A program made the translations under genes and the position numbers. The notes under the pieces were generated by a model that ran no database searches, was not told the DNA's origin, and saw nothing but the letters and a program-made list of their open reading frames with translations. Shown here one piece after another: positions 28,514 to 42,952 of a stretch of 64,000 nt of DNA; positions within the stretch are counted from its first letter, which is position 1, and each line of letters opens with the position of its first letter. This stretch comes from Eledone cirrhosa (Eukaryota), in contig OZ024741.1 of the NCBI GenBank assembly GCA_964016885.1, positions 287,804,001 through 287,868,000 on the forward strand. The letters are read 5' to 3'.

Positions 28514-28603
28514 TGTCTATGTGTGAATATATGTCTATATTCGTATGTGTGTATTTATGTATGTATATGTTTATATGTATGTATGTATATATATGTATGT
28601 ATG

Positions 28604-28650
<47 letters not shown>

Positions 28651-29228
28651 CTTTATTATTATAATATAACTTATGTGTATGTGTGTATAAGTGAGGTTGT
28701 GTATGTGTATATAATATGTGTATATATAAGTGTAAAAAAATATATATATATGTGCATGTCTGTTTTTTATGTGTGTGTATATATATATATATATATATAC
28801 GTGTGTATATATATGTATATGTGGGTGTTTGTATGTGTATTTATGGTGGTATGAGTGTGTGGGTATCTATGTGTATATATATATATATATGTATGAGTGT
28901 ATGTGTGTATATATATATATATATATATGTGTATATATATATATATATATATGTGTGTATGTATGTGTGTATATATATATCTCTATTAATGCGTATGTGT
29001 ATGTATATACATATGCCTTTTTATTATTATTTTTATTTGTATGTCTGAGTTAAGTGAGGTTGTAGTGGTTTTTTATGTATATACGCATATATGGATGCGT
29101 ATGTATTTGTATATATGAGTATAAGTAAGTGCATATGTATGTATGATTATATATCTAATTCTATGTATGAATATACATGTATATATATGTGTGTATGTAA
29201 GTTGTGTGTGTATGTATCTATATGTCTA

Positions 29229-29259
<31 letters not shown>

Positions 29260-29334
29260 GTATATCGATGTACGTATATGTATGTACATGTATGTCTATG
29301 TATGTGTGTATGTATGTGTATGTATATTTAGGTG

Positions 29335-29383
<49 letters not shown>

Positions 29384-29623
29384 ATATATATATATGTATA
29401 TATCTTTATTATTTATTTTTTATATATATGTGTATGTGTGTATGTGTTGCGTGTGTGTGTGTGTATATATATATCTTTATATATGTGTATGTGTATGTTC
29501 GTGTAGGTGTATGTGTGTGTATGACTGTATATGTATGTGTGTATGTGTGTATGCGTAAATATTTCTATGTGTGTGTACATGTATGTATGTGTATATATCT
29601 GTATGTGTATGTATGTGTATTTG

Positions 29624-29656
<33 letters not shown>

Positions 29657-29969
29657 GTTTTTCTATTTGTATATGTAGGTGTGTATAGGTATATACCTTT
29701 CTCTTTGTATTTCTAAGTTGTGTGATAGTGTAGTGGTGTTTGTATGTATATACCGATATATAGATGCGTAAGTATTTGTCTGTATGTGTATATATGTAAG
29801 TCTGTATATATTTGTGTGTATATATAGCTATGTATGTGTATATCTGTATGTATATTAGTATGTAAGTGTTGTATATGTGCATGTGTATGTGTGTGGTTAT
29901 ATATATCTGTGTCTATATAGTATGTGTAATTATATGTATATGTGTGTGTATATGTACGTGTATGTACAT

Positions 29970-30017
<48 letters not shown>

Positions 30018-30222
30018 ATATATATATGTATGTGTATTTGTATGTATATGTGTATATGTATGTATGTGTGTATATGTATATGTTTATATATGTGTGTATA
30101 TGTATGTTCTTAGTGTGGATGTGTGTATATGTATGTATGTGTTTATATATGTGTGTATATTTATGTATGGATATGTGTGTGTCTATGTGTATATATATGT
30201 ATGTTTTTGTATATATATATAT

Positions 30223-30266
<44 letters not shown>

Positions 30267-30940
30267 ATATATGTGTATATATATATATATTTATTTTCTT
30301 GATATATTTCTTTTTTCTTTTTTCTTTTTTCTGTTTTTCTTTCTATTCTTTCCTCTTTAATGTTTTATTTATTATATTTTATTGTTTTATTTTTTTATTT
30401 TTCTTAGTTTATAGATACATTTATATTAGGCAGTCTGCTCAGACAGTTGAATACTGACCCCTCCCCCCCCCTCCCACCTAATTTCTGTATCTTGATCTAA
30501 AAATGTGTGTGCCAGTGTTTTATGTGAGTGAATTAATATCCATGTGCTTATGATTTTATATCCACATATATAAATGTGAGTGGGGGTGTGTGTGTGTTTG
30601 TATGTTCGTGGTTATGTGTATATTTATGCATATACGCGCGTGTATGTGTGATTGTACGGATATGTGTGAGTATGAAAAAATATATTTATATACTTGACTT
30701 CATAAGTGTCAATAAGCATCTTATCTGCGCATTGTAAGCTTACAGAGACATTAACCTTGAAATTTTGTATTTGCATCCATCCTTTTAGTATGCGTATACA
30801 AATTATACATACATTTTTGTAAAATATGTGTAAGGGTTTTACATGTATATACACACACCGAACTGCATTTAACCCTTTGTGTTTTCATTGGTCAATTTTG
30901 AACTGAAATTTTGAATTGTTGTTATTATCAATAAATATAC

Positions 30941-31095
30941 TTCATTATTTCTGAAGACGGCGTATATATGTGTTTGGTATGTATATTTAATCTTGATAAT
31001 TTGTATAATTTTGTATAATTTTGTACATAGATCTGTTGAATATGCATACCAATTCTAACACATATATATCCTAGAAACGATCGTTAAATAATGAA
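30941..31095 (+). ncRNA. Hammerhead ribozyme with a ~115-nt stem II insertion
   Basis: 10-bp stem I TTCATTATTT/AAATAATGAA, CTGAAGA, GAAA-CGATCG-TT. Confidence 0.75.
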
Positions 31096-31140
31096 CTTTT
31101 TTTGTTTAATATAAGGAATTGTTTATTCATTATTTGTTTA

Positions 31141-31180
<40 letters not shown>

Positions 31181-31181
<1 letters not shown>

Positions 31182-31693
31182 TGAGTTAGAAACTTAAAGT
31201 AGTCTCTTACAATTAAATAGCTCTAAGAAAAAAGCTTTTCCGAGCCATATAATATAATTGAATATATAAGAGATATGAACACTAATATAAACATACATGT
31301 GTCCGAATTGTAAAGACCAGGTTTTCTAGGGTGAAAAAATGCTAACTACAGCAATATGGTTTGCCAGACTTAATTTAAAGTAGTAAATTAAGAAAAATAA
31401 TAACAAACCTATATTATAGAAACTGTTTCGCAAAAAAAAATCATATTAAGCGAAGTCATCACCATGGTGCTGACTTCGCTTAATATGATTTTGCGAAACA
31501 GTTTTTATAACTGTCTAGGTTTTTCAGGCAGTTGCCCAATATAAGTTTGTTATTATTTTTCTTAATTTACTACTTTAAATTAAGTCTGGCAAGCCATATT
31601 ACTGTAGTTAGTATATTTTCACCCTAGCAAACTTGGTCCTTACAATTCGGACACATGTATGTTTATATTAGTGTTCATTTCTCTTGTATATTC

Positions 31694-31700
<7 letters not shown>
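31181..31700. mobile_element. Older, diverged fold-back PLE remnant
   Basis: Centre CACCATGGTG at ~31459-31468; imperfect arms; HHR 3' half GCGAAACAGTT; tail hairpin at 31220-31245. Confidence 0.7.
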
Positions 31701-31738
<38 letters not shown>

Positions 31739-31741
<3 letters not shown>

Positions 31742-32066
31742 TTATCCACAGGTATTCGCGGGGGTTACGTTCCTAGAGAACCCGCGAGGAACGAATAACC
31801 GCGAATATTGGATGTGGTCCATAAAAATGCCTATAAACGTTAAAACATAACGTAAAATATAGGCCAGCAAATACGGTACATTGTTGTTAATAATTTAGCG
31901 CTAAAAAGCGTGAAGAAATATATATCGCCACGAAAAAAGCCATTAAAAGATCATGGAAGATATTTATGATTCCGCGAATATACGATGGTTTCTACGAACG
32001 ATTATTAGTTAGGTTCTAAGGAAGAATCCGCGAATTACCTGGACCGCGAATGCCGGGGGTACACTG
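31739..32066. mobile_element. Tc1/mariner-pogo (Tigger-like) MITE
   Basis: TA|CAGT...ACTG|TA ends; imperfect ~23-bp TIRs ending in ATTCGCGG / CCGCGAAT. Confidence 0.7.
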
Positions 32067-32123
<57 letters not shown>

Positions 32124-32204
32124 ATGTGTGTGTGTGTGTGTATGTGTATGGAGTAGAGTATACAGACATTTATTGAAATATACTCACACACACATATAAC
32201 ATGT

Positions 32205-32985
32205 ATCAATGCCTCCCTGCGTGCTAAGTACACCTGGCGTCTAGCTTCTCTCTTAGCGGCTGTGTATCGGTCTCTACTACCATCATTTTTCCAAGCGTTC
32301 CATGCTAGTCTTTTGTCTCTAATGGCTCTATCTACAATGCTGTTCCAGCACCAGGTCACTCTCTGTCTGGTCGGAGCTCTGCTCCAGCCACAAGTTTCTT
32401 CAGTAGCCTGAGTAAGTTGTCACGTAAGAAATTCCAGTTACCATCAATGTCATACGATTCTAAATCGTCTTCTTTTTTGTCATACACATCTTGAAGGGCT
32501 TTCCTAAATTTATATTTTAGTGAAAGGTCTTTTAGCTTCCAGACCTTCCTTTTCCATACCTTCCTGTATGTCTCATTTTGTCTCTTGCTTACTGAGATGT
32601 CACTAACGACTAACCTATGCTATGGGGTACATTCTTCCCCGGGGTATGCCTTAGTATTTAACACCATCTGTCTGTCTCGCTGCCTAACTAGCAAGAAGTC
32701 AATCTGGCTTATGTGCTCGCCTGATTTATAGATTATTAGGTGGTTGGTAGGTTTCTTGAAGTTAGTGTTGCAAATGGTTAGTTCACTGGCATCACAAAAT
32801 TCAAGAAGCCTCACTCCTTCATTTCTTGAGCCATAACCGTGACCACCATGTACCCCAGTGTTTCCATCCTGGAGCTGTTCAACATGACCATTGAAGTTCC
32901 CTGCTAGCATAACGATGTCTCCATCCTCTGTCATTGTGGCTGTTTCTAAAAGTTGCTCGTAAAAGCAGTCTTTCTCTTCTTTACC
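32205..32985 (-). pseudogene. RTE-type LINE APE endonuclease fragment
   Basis: LAGNFNGHV, GYGSRNEG.RLLEFC, SQIDFLL, WCWN..V..AI..KR. Confidence 0.8.
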
Positions 32986-33157
32986 TATAAATATAAAGTT
33001 GTTAATTACTGTGTTGTTCATCGGTAAGTTGCGTTGTAACTTCTCGTTGATAAACAGATGTAATCAGGCAAGAGCACCTCAGGTCAGTCGTATCTATCCA
33101 GCATAAAGGTGGCTTGCAAACGTGACGAAGTCCCATATATACATACAGATATATACA

Positions 33158-33240
<83 letters not shown>

Positions 33241-33394
33241 AATAATGATAAATGTGAAGACTAAAATTCAAAGAGGGCTCGATAAGGATAAATATATATC
33301 AAATATATAAGAACCCTAGAGCAAATAGTTATTAAAATAACAGATTAAAGTTTAAGCAAAGAATCGCTGCTTTCACTCTTAACGGGATCTTCTG

Positions 33395-33481
<87 letters not shown>

Positions 33482-33782
33482 ATCGTTATCAGGTATTTTG
33501 TTTTAAATTTTTTATTATATTTAATAAGATACTCAACGAATTATGTAGTCTTACTTTCAGTGTAGATTGTCTCTACTTCTATGTTTTGATATGTCTTAGT
33601 GCACACTTAACTGTGTATGAATATATTTCAATCACTTTTTTATAATGATTAAGGCTCGATTTTATTCTCTGAATTCTATCTTGAGCTGTTTTTAGAGACA
33701 AGATTTATGTTTGATTTTGTATCATTCATGACACCCTTTACTTTGAAAGTAATAATAATAATAATATATATATTGTTTCAAC

Positions 33783-33840
<58 letters not shown>

Positions 33841-33990
33841 ATACTTTGGGAGGGTCATGTTGCCAATAAGAAACACACGCACCAGTTGCTTTCACTTCAA
33901 TTTATTATATATTTATAAATTTACAAATTTATAAATTTATAAATTTCTGGTTGGTTGGTTGGTTCCACAACCAGATAGTTGTTTATATAT

Positions 33991-34035
33991 AGTCATAGTT
34001 CTTTCGTCACACACTCTGTGACCTCTTCAGTGACT
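33991..34035 (-). ncRNA. Minimal hammerhead ribozyme
   Basis: Inverted copy of 34159-34203. Confidence 0.8.
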
Positions 34036-34158
34036 GGGGATTCCTTTCTTTGTTTCTGTGCCTCTCCTTTGTTCTGTCCTACGCCATTTTGTTTCTGAGA
34101 AACAAAATGGCGTAGGTCAGAACAAAGGAGAGGCACAGAAACAAAGAAAGGAATCCCC

Positions 34159-34203
34159 AGTCACTGAAGAGGTCACAGAGTGTGTGACGAAAGAACTATG
34201 ACT
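34159..34203 (+). ncRNA. Minimal hammerhead ribozyme
   Basis: AGTCA-CTGAAGA-G-GTCACA GAGTG TGTGAC-GAAA-GAAC-TA-TGACT. Confidence 0.8.
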
Positions 34204-34421
34204 ATATATAAACAACTATCTGGTTGTGGAACCAACCAACCAACCAGAAATTTATAAATTTATAAATTTATAAATTTGTAAATTTATAAATATATAATAA
34301 ATTGAAGTGAAAGCAACTGGTGCGTGTGTTTCTTATTGGCAACATGACCCTCCCAAAGTATAACAATATCGGTTTCAACACACGATTTCAGATAAAGAAT
34401 CTTGCTAAACAAATTCAGAAA

Positions 34422-34846
<425 letters not shown>

Positions 34847-35226
34847 GCTGCATGTATATATGCGTGTGAATCTGTGTTTATGACCCATGATTTTATAACT
34901 GAGCAGTTCGATAAAAAAAAGTCGATAAAAGAATAAGTATCAGACTTGAAAAAATAAATAATTGTATCAATATGATCGTTTAAATCAAGGTGATTCCTCG
35001 GTGCTGGCCACCGTTGGATGAGTGAAACCAGCCAGTAAAATAATTTGAAAACGATATAGTGTGACTTGAGGGTGTTTTATCTACTATTTCTAGCAGGCCC
35101 AATGACTATGTAGAGGTTCCTTTATAATTTTCTTTACTTGACTATTATTCAATGGAAACGTACAAAAGTCAAACCCCATTCTTTATAAGGCATTTTCATT
35201 ATTCGTCTTTGAATTTGCAGTCGTTA

Positions 35227-35413
35227 GGTATGGTATGGTATGGTATGGTATGGTATGGTATGGTATGGTATGGTATGGTACGGTACGGTACGGTATGGTA
35301 TGGTATGGTATGGTATGGTATGGTATGGTATGGTATGGTACGGTACGGTATGGTATGGTATGGTATGGTATGGTATGGTATGGTATGGTATGGTATGGTA
35401 TGGTATGGTATGG
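35227..35413. repeat. (TATGG)n pentanucleotide microsatellite
   Basis: Read directly. Confidence 0.95.
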
Positions 35414-35589
35414 TCCCGTAACTCCCAATAGAGTCGTAGGGGTGCCGTGTTGATGTACAGCGTTTCTTGGACATTTTAAGTCTGGCAGAGCCCATCTCCT
35501 CTCCAGACCTGAGTACAGCAGATTTCTTCCAGAGAAGGATAGAAAGGGAGAAAGGGGAATTGATAAAGAGATATAGAGGAAAAAACGCC

Positions 35590-35840
35590 CTAGTACTTGA
35601 TTGGTACCTCTGTTATCGATCTCAAATAGATGAAAGGCAAAGCTAACCTCGGCGGGATTTGAATTGAGACAGCAGAGAGCCGAAACAAAAACTGCAAAGT
35701 ATTTTATCCGACATTCTAACGACTCTACCAATTCATCACCAAGAGTCGTTAGAGCGTCGGACAACTGTTTAGCAATATCTGTTCCGGCTCTTTACGTTCT
35801 GAGTTCAAATTCTACCAAAATTAACTTTGTCGTTCAAGTT
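35590..35840. mobile_element. Degenerate SINE fragments in opposite orientations
   Basis: GATGAAAGGCAAAG..ACCTCGGCGG.ATTTGAA and GAGTTCAAATT motifs; related pieces at 41840-41990. Confidence 0.5.
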
Positions 35841-36070
35841 TTCAGACCACAACATCCCTACCACCTATGCCAGCCCCAACCACTTCAGTTTTAACACTTG
35901 AGGCACAATTAATTTACCAAAATGTTAAAGTTCTGCTCAGACGGAACCAATTCTACTCAATCATCACCAATACTCGAGAAAAGCCAACCAGTGAGATACT
36001 ATCAAAGATTAACATAGATACACACGCGCACGCACACATGCACGAGCGCTCACATACACACACACACGCG

Positions 36071-36148
<78 letters not shown>

Positions 36149-36524
36149 CGCCCATATACTCGCATGCGCGCACATACAGACACACAGGCAAACACACAAA
36201 CGTGGACAAACATTCACAAAGAAATTAATAGACACTTATGCACAACTGTTCAAAGATACATACATATACACACATGCCTACACACACTCTCTCACACACG
36301 CACACACACACACACATACATACATACATACATACATACATACATACATACATACATACATACATACATACATACATACATACATACATAATTCATAGTC
36401 TATAAATGGCTGCGTTAGCTGGCACCTTCAAAATTTGCAAAACATTCTTGCGATTCAAGGGATGACAATTTCTTTTCTTTTACAACTCGAAATTAAGAGA
36501 AAGAGATAACATACATACATAAAA

Positions 36525-38773
36525 TAATAACATCATCACAGATAAACAAGCAGCTGGAAAGAAAGAGGTTTGGGGATGTGCTGAACAACTCCTCATCAAC
36601 AAAACTGCGATGTCGGAGGTGCGACAACTTAGGAGGAATATGACTACAGTCTGGCTGGACTACAGGAAAGCTTTCGATTCTGTTCCCCACTCTTGGATGA
36701 TAGAGGCCCTCCAACTTGCTAAAGTCCCAGACATTATTGTCAGAGCCATAGAAAGGCTGTCTTCTTCTTGGGCTACTATTCTAAGGTTAAAGACAGAGAA
36801 GGAGGACTCTATTTTCACTGATAAAATAAAATATTGCAGGAGTATATTTCAGGGAGACAGTCTCTCTGTGATATTATTCATCTTGTCATTAAACCCCTTG
36901 TCCTTTCTGCTCAAGAAATGTGAGGGATGCATCATTGGCTCACAGGAGGACAGAAATACGAACCTAACCCATAATTTCTTTGTGGACGATCTGAAAGTTT
37001 ATGCCAAAAACATGGATGTAATGAAGAAAAATCTTGACCTGGTTACAACGTTCTCAAAGGATATAGGAATGGAGTTTGGCCAAGATAAATGCTCATACAT
37101 GACTGTAAAGCGGGGAAAAACAACAACCCAATCTAGCAACATTGTCTTCAATGTCCTAACTGTTTCACCGATATCTGATGAGGACTGCTACAGATACCTG
37201 GAGATAGATGAGAACATAGCCTATAATGGTATCTGTAATAAAGAACGCGTAACCAGATAATACTACACCCGATTAAGAAAGATCTGGTCATCGGAACTCG
37301 CTGCGCAAAACAAAACAGTGGCTCACAATGTGTTTGCTGTGCCTGTCCTAACACCAACGTTTGGAATAATCATCTGGACGATAGACGAAATCCGAGCAGT
37401 TGATGTTGGAACTCTAAAAATACTGAACAACACTGGAAACTTCCACATCAACAGTAACATAGATCGCCTTTACTTGAAACGTAAGCAGGTAGGCAGAGGC
37501 CTAACATCAGTCCAGACAACATTTGAATGTCGCATCATATCTCTCCCACAACATCTACGAACCTCGAAGCGTAGGAGCCCGCTTCTCGAGCAAGCCTATC
37601 TGCATGAAATAGATAAGATCATGAGAGTTGGGAAGGAACTCCTCGAGAGATATTCCCTGTGTGATAATCAAAAACTCACACCCAGGGATGTCGCTCAGCA
37701 GTATCGCAGTGAATCCATGGATGACAAACTGCATGCCTATCAGCAAAAAATCATGCATGGATATGTTGCCAGGAAGCTCCAGGGTGAGAGTAATATAGAT
37801 AAGGAAAGTAGTCTATCTTGGACCAACAACCGCTATATTGGCTCCCACTTTGAAGGAAACGCTTTTGCAATCCAAGAACAGGAGATTAGCACGAAATACC
37901 TGATTCACAAAAGAGATAGGGATGCAGGCAAAACACCTAGATGTGATAACAAGTGCAGACTCTGCAGAACTAACATCGAGGATATCACCCATGCCATCAG
38001 CAGCTGTCCAAGATGTCATCGCGGTACTATCTACCTATGAGGCATTATGTAGTGGCCAAGACACTGTACAATGCAGTTCGTAAAAAAGATAGCCCCGATA
38101 ATAAACACATTAAAAGCTACAGCAATGTGGAAGACATCCATGTACATAATATGAAAGAGTACTGGTGGAATGTTCCAGTAAAAACCCCAATAAAATGCAG
38201 GCATACAGACCAGATATTATGATATGGGACAGGGAGAAGAAAACATGCACAGTAGTGGAAATTAGCTGCCCAGCAGATGCCAATATAATATCAAAGATTA
38301 GTGAAAAGAAGAACATTTATGCAGAACTGATGAGAAATCTGCAGATAATCCACCCTCATTACACCTTCAGATTTATGCCTGTGATTATTGGGGCACCGGG
38401 GTATGTTAGTAACTGTCTCAATACAAATCTTGAGACGCTGGGATTCACAGGAACAGAAAGAACACAACTAGTTAGGAAACTACAAGTACAATCCATTAAT
38501 GGAACAGTAAAAATATGTAAAACATTCCAAATATTTTGCATCTAATAACTGCATATACACATATACAGATGCAAAGCATATACATATGCACACATACAGC
38601 TCAAAACATCCACATCCACACATACAATAACATCCATATCTACACATGCATGCATACATACATATCTACCTAGTTGATGTTGCGGAAATTCCAATGAGAG
38701 AGTCTTGTGTCTATGTTAGAAACCGACTCTCTCTCTATTGGTAAAACTTTGTGAAATTATAAAACCAGAAGAA
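36525..38773 (+). mobile_element. 5'-truncated R4/Dong-like non-LTR retrotransposon (RT, CCHC, restriction-like endonuclease), degenerate
   Basis: WLDYRKAFDSVPH, IFQGDSLS, FFVDDLK, CRLC..EDITHAISSCP, RPDIMIWD..VVEISCP; stops and frameshifts; (CATA)n at both ends. Confidence 0.9.
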
Positions 38774-38904
38774 CATACATACATACATACACACATAGAT
38801 ACATACATACGTACATACATATATACATACATACATACATACATACGTACATACATATATACATACATACATGCATACATACATATATACATGCATAGTA
38901 AAGG

Positions 38905-39205
38905 TACGGGAGATTGTGAGTTCGATTCCCGCACTGGGCGGTGCTTTGTGTCCTTGAACAAGACACTTTATTTCACGTTGCTCCAGTTCACTCAGCTGTA
39001 GAAATGCATTGCGACGTCACTGGTGCCAAGCTGTATCGGCCATTACCTTTCCCTTGGACAATATCGGTGGCGTGGAGAGGGGAGACTGATATGCATGAGT
39101 GACTGCTGGTCTTCCACAAACACACCTTGCCCGGACTTGTGCCTCGGAAGGGAAACTTTCTAGGTGCAAATCCCATGGTCATTCGTTACCGAAGGTGGTC
39201 TTTGC
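38905..39205 (+). mobile_element. tRNA-derived SINE
   Basis: B-box GAGTTCGATTC; core GTGTCCTTGAACAAGACACTTTATTTCAC. Confidence 0.7.
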
Positions 39206-40836
39206 ATACATACACACATATACACATACATACAAACATACATACATACATACAAACATACATACATACAAAAATACATACATACACCCATACATACATA
39301 TAAACATTGATAAATTTATACACATGTATCTACACATATGAATATACACACATGAATATACACATATGCATTTACATATGAGTGTATACTCATACATACT
39401 CATATATACAGATATGCACAAAAGCAAGCACACACTTTATCTATATAAATATCATGATCCTCCGTCGGTTTTCACGATGCGTATTCCATTCGACATCCTC
39501 ACTTATCAGAGCAATTTCATCGCTAAAAATGGTAACTGAAGATGTGGAAAACAGAACCGGCAAAGCTTCAGCTGCCGTTTTTGAGCGTCTGAAGCCTGCA
39601 AGGCCCAACTCTTCCATTAGCCAAAGCATAATGCTCTGCCTCAATACGCCAATCGTTGTAACAACGATGACATATATGAGACATGAAAAGACATAGGATC
39701 TACAGAACTGCAAATGTCTTCCATAAACATTGTCTTAGGACGATCCTTATTATTTCTTTGCATAATCTCATCACAAATGATGATGCTATAGAAAGGGCCG
39801 GCTGAGTAATCTCTGGGATACCATCACTGTATGAAAGCGGAAGATGCTTGGTCATGGGCTACGCATATCAACAAGAGGAGTAGTGGGTGTTTCCATCGAA
39901 TGGGAGGAGGGCGTAGGGAACATGGCAGGAACATCATGACCGTGGTTGACGCCTGTGGAGAAAGACCTGGCAGACATGAGTCTGGTCTGAGAGCAGGCTC
40001 GTGACAAAGCTTGCAACCATGTGGAATGGAAATCTCTTGCCACCCAATGACATATAGGGAGCAAAAAACTAGAGAAACTTCCAGTTGTTCAATCAACTGA
40101 ACCACCTACTCATTACATTAACGTTCAAATGGTTGAGTATCCCACAAACACTTTTATACTTAACAGTGTATGGCTCAAGAGACAGTACGTACTTGAGAGA
40201 CGAGAGAGGGTATGAAACTGAACGGATATGTGATCATTAATTCTAACCTTCGTGCAGATGTTGCTCTACATTGCAATGATCCAACCCCTGAAGACAGGGC
40301 CGAATCCGGCCACATTGAGGCCAGCTGTCAGATAGCGATGGTAGAACCTATCGAAAGCTTTCGATTGATCCAAGTTGATCAAGGCCTTACACTTACTGGA
40401 TTCTCACTAGTATGTATTGCATGAAGTGGAAGTTGTCATGTATGCATCCGTTTTGGTCTTTGCTACTGTCACACAGTAACAGAAATTCAGACAAAGAAGA
40501 CGGTGGGGGAAAAAAATTTTCTGGCGCCATATTTTTGTTGTTGTTTAGAGAAAACTTCTTTTTTTGGTAATTTTTGCTCTTAAGGATAGAAATAGAAAAA
40601 AGGCGACCAACTCCTTCTATGGAAACAATAGAAAAACGTTTAAAATTTTGAAGAGCTCATAAGAGCTTAAAATATTGAAATGTTAGAACCTACTCCTGAG
40701 CAAATTGATTACACGACTGTTCAATTCAAAAACCAAAGATAATAATAATAACAATAATAATAATAACAATAATAATAATTGTTTCTACTTTAGGCACAAG
40801 GCCAGCAATTACCCAGTGCATTACTGGTACTTTATT

Positions 40837-41208
40837 TAATAATAATGATGGGATTTTAGGATACAGACGGACAAGAAATTAGAACACAATAGGCCTGACC
40901 TGGTGGTTTTGGACAAGGAAAAAAGATCATGCCTGATTGTAGATGTAACCTGCCCATTTAACACGATAGTGCAAGAAAAGGAGAGGGAGAAAATTAACCG
41001 ATACCAGGATTTAAAGTGGGAGTATATAAGGATTTGGAACTGCCATGGAATCAAGGTCGTTCCGATTGTCATAGGCGCACTAGGTACTATCTCAAAGAGT
41101 TTCCAAGGATGGTTAAAGAAGATTAGTCCAGCCCGGCTTTTTGGAACACTTCAAAAAGCATGCTTGCTGGGAACAGCAAGAACCCTCCGATACGTCCTGA
41201 ATGTCTGA
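40837..41208 (+). pseudogene. R4/Dong-like LINE 3' fragment (restriction-like endonuclease)
   Basis: RPDLVVLDKEKRSCLIVDVTCP..EKINRYQDL..VVPIVIGALG..LQKACLLGTAR; near (AAT)n. Confidence 0.85.
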
Positions 41209-41997
41209 GGCTGATATCAACAAACTTTCTAGTTAAATAACATCAATGACTGAGACTCGATGATTAATAATTATCATTAATATACATTCAATTAAATCCC
41301 TGTCGACTACGCCAGATTTTTGTCTAGTCTTCTTCATGTTTTGTTAATTCAAAAGAAAAATATTATTTGATAAGAAATAATGGATACTTTGACGTAAAAT
41401 AAAAAAAAAATGTTATTAATTTGATAAATATAAATGCATTTAACATTCTTATAATATTTATATATAAAGAATTGTTTTGTTTCGTTTTTTTTTCTTTTTT
41501 AAGTGTCTTCTGCGATACTTGTTTTGATAATATCTAAAAATCTATAGAACTATTCTCCTCTCATTTCTCATTATGTTTTTATTCTCTTTCTCTCTCTTTC
41601 TCTCTTTCTCTCTTTCTCTCTTTCAACTTCTGTTCCTTTCTTTTTTGTCTTCTTTATTTTTTCGTCTTCCTCTTTCTGTGTTTAAATTTTTCATCATCAT
41701 CGTCCTCATCTTCATCATCATCATCATCATTTTAGTTATTGTACCCGTTCTTTTGTCTTCTTTATTTTATACAATTATTACTGTCAGCAGAACGATTGAT
41801 AAAGTCCCTTTTTTCCCTTATTTAGTTACTTATCTTTAGGTTTTGAGTTCAAATTACGCCGGAGTCAACTTGGCTTTACATTATATTGAGATAAGCTCCA
41901 ACAATGAAGTGAAGAACGGAAGAAATTCTGTTCAAATTACGGCGAAGTCAACTTAGCTTTACATAATATCAAGATATGCTCCAACAATGAAGAACGG

Positions 41998-42077
<80 letters not shown>

Positions 42078-42863
42078 GATCTTTCTTTATTTGCCACAGG
42101 GGCGTACAAAAATGGGACATTACAAGACGTGACGGCGGGGGTTTTACATAAAAATCATAACTTTAACATTAATAAATAACAATAAACTATATATAATAAA
42201 ATAACAATTAAAATCCCCAATAGGGGGAACATTAAGGCAGGGTTGTTTTACACCACGTGGATAGAACATCCCTCAACACTAAGAACACGTTTTGTAGGTG
42301 TTCCCGTCTTCCCTCTGTTTATCTTCCTCAACCTACAGGTTTATATACAGAGAAGGTCCAGCTACTCTGCCCATTTTCGCCACATTCACCCACCTTTCAG
42401 CGAATGAAGGCGGCGGGTTGATCCCCACGATGGACTCGGCTGACAACTGGATGCGTCCCACACGTGACAATAGCTGTTCGACATAATTCCACAGGTCGGT
42501 CACCCCTGGGCACTAAACAATTGCGTGCAGAACGGTTTCGATGTCCTGTTCGCACCTTGGACAGGTCCTTTTGGCAGGATCTCTGCCAGGGCATCCGTGC
42601 CTGTAGATTTTGTCTCGAACTGGTAGAGCTCCTTGGTAACACTGCCAGGCCAGAGACCTCTGGAAGTTATCCATAGGCCCTGGACGGAAAGTCCCCCCGA
42701 ACAGACTGGTCAGTTCGTCCTCCTCGATGCCTAGAATTTCCCCGAGAACGTCGTCGCACTTATTCTCCACTAATCCCCTATAGAATGTCGAAGTCGAGTC
42801 TCCGCTGATTGCCGTTTCCGCTTGATAGAGGGCTGTGAGCGCCTGAAGGCACTCGAGGTGCCA
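42078..42863 (-). mobile_element. Tx1-type LINE 3' fragment between (GATA)n tracts
   Basis: Same family as 3576-6416; lacks the Helitron; internal deletion at ~42405. Confidence 0.9.

Positions 42864-42952
<89 letters not shown>

Larger units (their letters stand above)
18985..31148. mobile_element. ~12-kb palindromic (fold-back) Penelope-like element, probably Hydra-clade
   Basis: Inverted arms ~19120-25163 and ~25194-31148, each with RT C-half, GIY-YIG, ~4-kb microsatellite-rich 3'UTR and an HHR; tail only on the left (18985-19119); (TA)n flanks. Confidence 0.9.
33835..34403. mobile_element. Palindromic mini-PLE with two HHRs
   Basis: ~260-bp arms centred at ~34097; short one-sided tail 34369-34403; (TA)n flanks. 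Confidence 0.85.

Noticed and set aside
35152-35764. ORFs with MVWYG / YHTIP repeats
   Set aside because: Translation of the (TATGG)n microsatellite
38905-38945. tRNA-like B box
   Set aside because: No cloverleaf; it is a SINE head, not a tRNA gene
39480-40420. Possible host exons
   Set aside because: Look like heavily decayed LINE (RTE-like) fragments; no consistent frame or splice structure could be supported
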